A stretch of 63,873 nucleotides of DNA, counting the filler, from Trichosphaerium sp. ATCC 40318 (Eukaryota > Protista > Tubulinea), in assembly GCA_038496445.1 (NCBI GenBank). It is 5 parts of 5 records of this genome, joined end to end, with 100 filler letters (N's around TTAATTAATTAA, not from the genome) between each part and the next. Parts side by side here need not be neighbours in the genome. Positions count along the whole stretch, not along the records: positions 61,904 to 63,873 come from JALMLS010000191.1; 4 more parts are not named here. The stretch is one strand, 5' to 3'. Positions 63,019 through 63,873 of the stretch are shown piece after piece. Positions within the stretch are counted from its first letter, which is position 1. Every line of letters begins with the position of its first letter. A program made the position numbers and the translations under genes. Under the pieces are notes generated by a model. It was not told the DNA's origin. It did not search any database and worked only from the letters and a program-made list of their open reading frames with translations.

Positions 63019-63228
63019 ATGGCTACAAGACAAGAAGCAGGAAGACAAGGTGCAGACGCACTTAACAAAAATCCACAGAAAAAATCAGAAGCTTCCAAAC
63101 AAGCTGCTGCTACCCGTGGACATGATGAAATGAGTCGTATAGGACAAAAAGGTGGTAGTGAAAGTGGTAAAACCCGTTCTAACGTTGGCCAAAGCCAAGG
63201 CGGTAGAAGTTCTGAAGAAGAAGAGTAA
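63019..63228 (+). CDS. KGG-repeat general stress protein (GsiB/YciG/Em-like)
   Basis: EAGRQG..MSRIGQKGG; AAGGAG RBS. Confidence 0.85.
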   Translation: MATRQEAGRQGADALNKNPQKKSEASKQAAATRGHDEMSRIGQKGGSESGKTRSNVGQSQGGRSSEEEE

Positions 63229-63250
63229 AGCTAATATATTTTAGTGCATT

Positions 63251-63279
63251 GCCCGCCCTGCTCTAGGGTGGGTTTTTTA
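63251..63279 (+). terminator. Rho-independent terminator
   Basis: CCCGCCCT-GCTCT-AGGGTGGG followed by TTTTTT. Confidence 0.8.
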
Positions 63280-63366
63280 AATCTAATTTTCCTACCGTTT
63301 ACACAAAATCAAAACCGTATATATATTTTCTAAATATATTCGCAATATTTATTCAAAGGAAATAAC

Positions 63367-63873
63367 ATGGCTTATAAAGACACGAAAAATACGCCGCAAC
63401 CTGCGCAACACCAAAATCAACAACCAGGTATAGAGCAGCAAATGCAGCCTAAGCCACAAGCAGATTATGGTTATAAAGGCGCAGATAAACTACTCGATAA
63501 AGTGGCGCTTATTACAGGTGGTGATAGTGGTATCGGTCGTTCAATTAGCATAATGTATGCTAAAGAAGGAGCGGATCTTGTTATTTCTTATTTAAATGAA
63601 CAGCAAGATGCAGAAGAAACTAAGGCTATTATCGAAAAACTTGGGCGGCGATGTATTACTATCGCGGGCGATATTAGTGATGAGAGTCATTGTCAGAAAT
63701 TAGTTGATATTACGATTAAAGAATTTGGTAAGTTAGATATTTTAGTAAATAATGCAGCAGAACAACATCCACAACAATCTATTGAAGATATTACCGCAGA
63801 GCAATTAGAAAGAACCTTTCGCACTAATATTTTTTCATTTTTCTTTTTAACAAAAGCTGCGTTGCCACACGGA
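63367..63873 (+). CDS. Short-chain dehydrogenase of the YdaD/YhdF/YghA stress type (runs off the window)
   Basis: QPGIEQQMQPKP; ALITGGDSGIGR; LDILVNNAAEQHP; TFRTNIFS. Confidence 0.93.
   Translation, partial: MAYKDTKNTPQPAQHQNQQPGIEQQMQPKPQADYGYKGADKLLDKVALITGGDSGIGRSISIMYAKEGADLVISYLNEQQDAEETKAIIEKLGRRCITIAGDISDESHCQKLVDITIKEFGKLDILVNNAAEQHPQQSIEDITAEQLERTFRTNIFSFFFLTKAALPHG

Noticed and set aside
1-63873. Fanzor/TnpB, tRNA or rRNA genes, or an alternative genetic code
   Set aside because: No RuvC plus zinc-finger motif set and no tRNA/rRNA signatures were recognised by eye; conserved host genes end at TAA and translate with the standard code

Overview
The window is five contigs joined by artificial N44-TTAATTAATTAA-N44 linkers: 1-15454, 15555-35250, 35351-49426, 49527-61803 and 61904-63873. 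The first four are an intron-rich, AT-rich protist nuclear genome with short GT-AG introns of about 50-80 nt. The GbpD-like RasGEF and other gene content suggest an amoebozoan (inference). The last contig is bacterial, with RBS motifs, a terminator and stress genes. Fold-back chimeras with microhomology and clustered homopolymer deletions suggest an amplified single-cell dataset. Recognisable genes are a PIWI-clade Argonaute with a D-E-D-H tetrad, a MiaB/CDK5RAP1 5' part, an Rpn6 3' part, an ankyrin protein, a BBE-like FAD oxidase, a GbpD-like RasGEF/cNMP/GRAM protein and a TM9SF3-like protein. Three observations stand out. (1) Three families of about 1.0-1.1 kb CAG...CTG non-autonomous DNA elements carry spliceosomal introns; three insertions show 2-bp TSDs, two families share a conserved internal core, and the elements are stacked inside a DIRS/Ngaro-like retrotransposon. 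(2) An apparent membrane polyprotein has an internal signal peptide that would release a histidine-brace (LPMO-like) domain. (3) There is a candidate structured ncRNA and a GCGAAGC mini-hairpin array. All translations across introns were done by eye and no database searches were run.
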